Of a DNA stretch of 20,976 nt, positions 19,076 through 20,976 are shown piece by piece (the first letter of the stretch is position 1; each line of letters starts with the position of its first letter). The notes under the pieces are model-generated. The model searched no databases and was not told the DNA's origin. It saw only the letters and a program-made list of their open reading frames with translations. This DNA is from Prasinococcaceae sp. CCMP 1430 (taxonomy: Eukaryota; Plantae; Prasinodermophyta): NCBI GenBank assembly GCA_013416795.1, contig RQSC01000033.1, forward strand, positions 460,582 to 481,557, in the 5' to 3' direction. The translations under genes and the position numbers were made by a program.

Positions 19076-20976
19076 TGCCCGTCTGCCACTTGACCAGCCC
19101 AAGGTCAGCGTGCCCCCAGAAGTCCATGTCGATGATGACCGAATTTCGCAGCCAGCGTTCCGCATCGGGCAAGTCGCTGAGCATGTACGCGGCGCGCCCC
19201 TTCATCCAATGCGCCTTCTTGTCGTTCACGTCTATGTCTATGGCGAGGGCAAAGTCCTGGGCGGCCCTCTCGTAGTCACCCATACCAAAGAACAGATAGC
19301 CACGTCCGTACGCGGCGAGCCCGCAGCGCGGGTACACCTCGAGCGCGGCGTTGTAAAGGTCCATTTCGGACTCCCAGGCGGAGCAGCGCAGCGACGAGCG
19401 TGCACCGCCGAACGTGAGCAGCGCGAAGAGCGCGAGCGATGCCACGCGTGGCGAGCGCAGTGCGTCGCGCGCAAACACGCAAGCCAGGGTCACGCACGCG
19501 GCTGCGCAGGGCAGGTACAGAGCGCGCTCGGCGATCACGAAGCCGACCTGGAAAAATAGGTTCGACGCCGGCAGGTACGTCAGACCCCCAAGCAGGAACG
19601 CCTTCGCCGCGAGTTTGGCGTGTGCGCGCGTCGCGCCGAGCGCGACCAGCGTTAGGAGAAGAGTGGCCACGCCTGAGAGCGCCACAACGGGCGCGAGCGC
19701 CCCCAATGTCGACGGGTCTTCAGGCAGCTCCATGCCCGAGTGGTCGAAGCTTAGTCGGGCGGGCCAAAGCAGCAGCATGATGGCCTGCGACCACACGTAC
19801 GGCAGCGTCGCGAGCCGCGCACGTGGTTCGAGCGCAATCAGAGGATTGAATTGCTTGGGAAATGAGATGCTTGTACCACCTGTAAGGAGGTGGCGTGCGC
19901 CGAGCAGCGCCGCGCCGGCGAGGGCGGTCACACACATGCGTGCGGCCACCAGACGCGTCGGCAGTGGCGACGGCGCAGACCCGTCGTCGCGCGTGCCGCC
20001 GCCGCCACGGCTGCCGTCGGACACCTCGCTGACGTCGGCAGGCGCGCGCACGTTGCCGCCGCGCATACGGCTGACGGGTGTCGCTTCTGCCAAGGCATTC
20101 ACAGAATTGGCGGGCGAGGTCTGCGACACTGCCGCTCCGTCGCGGCCCTCCCAAAGGCACCACGCGAGTTCCACGAGGTCAAAGAAAGCGAGCGCAGGTA
20201 GCACCATCCCCCCGACCTCCTTGCTGAGCAGGCTCGCCGCGGCAAGGAGCACCGCGAGCGCTACGTAGCGCCAGCGCACAGCCTTCGCGGGCAGCGCACG
20301 CGCGTGGGCGTTCGCTGCACACAGGCCGAGCAGCGCGGCGAGCGACTCGGCGCGGCTTGCGATGTTCGCGGCGACCTCGGCGTTCACCGGGTGGACGGCG
20401 AAGACTGCCGCAGCAGCGAACGCGAGGAGTGTGGCGTCGCGCCGCGCGTGGGAGGCCGCGGGTGCGCCCACGCTGGCCTCGTGGCGCGTCCAGTAGAAGA
20501 GCGCCACCGATGCGGCCGCATGCAGCGCGACGTTTCCGGCACGGTACGCGGCCGGCAGGCGGCCGACGGCTGCGTGCGTGAGCTTCAGGCTGATCACCGT
20601 CAGCGGGCGGTAGCTCTTGTGCGTCCATGGCCCCGCGAGGTCGTGGCCCCAGTAGTCGTGCCGCCACAGCGTCAGCCAGCCGTTGGTTCCGACCTGCCCG
20701 CTGCTCGTGCCCACGCCGCCGCTGACGACGTCTGGGTTGACGAGCACCACGACCTTGTCGTCGAACGTCCAGCCGGCGCTCAGCGACGGCGCGAACGTAA
20801 TCAATGCGAGCAGGGCGACCATCAACGCGCATGCCAGCCCAACCGCGTCGCCGTCGCTGCCGCCAGCAGCCTGCGCAGCGCCGAGGCTTGTGTCCGCCGG
20901 CTCGCTGCCACTGCCACGCGCGGCGCGCGGCACGCCGCGCGACGACTCCTCGGCGGCACCCGCACCGCCCGCGCCC
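19076..20976 (-). CDS. TMTC: TMTC-family protein O-mannosyltransferase (GT-C membrane domain, DUF1736, TPRs); 5' end outside window, 3' truncated
   Basis: FDD...NPDV, DYWG...THKSYRPLT, NVALHA, FAVHPVNAEVAANIASRAE, LSKEVG, LLWPARLSFD, YLPASNLFFQVGFVIAERALYLP, then about 3 TPRs. The frame is open to the window end and homology stops abruptly at LGLVKWQTG. Confidence 0.92.

Overview
Very GC-rich, gene-dense eukaryotic nuclear DNA from the green lineage, most like a prasinophyte-type green alga (inference). The evidence is spliceosomal GT-AG introns with GCTGAC branch points, TGTAA poly(A) signals, and plant-type ALY, RHL1, APUM23/NOP9 and SLP genes. In order, the window holds: ALY/LIN9 (5' partial), an orphan terminal exon, a DAO-family FAD oxidoreductase exon, an MSI1 exon, a NOP9 exon, a complete 3-exon DEAD-box helicase, a 2-exon bacterial-type MFS transporter, a secreted Cys/Pro-Thr protein, a secreted LRR protein, RHL1, biotin-protein ligase, a putative thylakoid membrane protein, a 416-N gap, a cyclic-nucleotide-binding channel fragment, an SLP phosphatase, a GYF protein and a TMTC O-mannosyltransferase. 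The dominant oddity is that most genes are fragments butted onto fragments of unrelated genes, usually inside introns, at GC microsatellites or at single 'n' bases. Assembly collapse or chimerism is the most likely explanation, but it is testable. Three AT-richer intergenic islands carry repeated hairpins, A-tracts and shared motifs and are candidates for ncRNA or cis-elements. I found no tRNA, rRNA, snRNA, CRISPR array or recognisable transposon, and I cannot support a new multi-gene system from the sequence alone.
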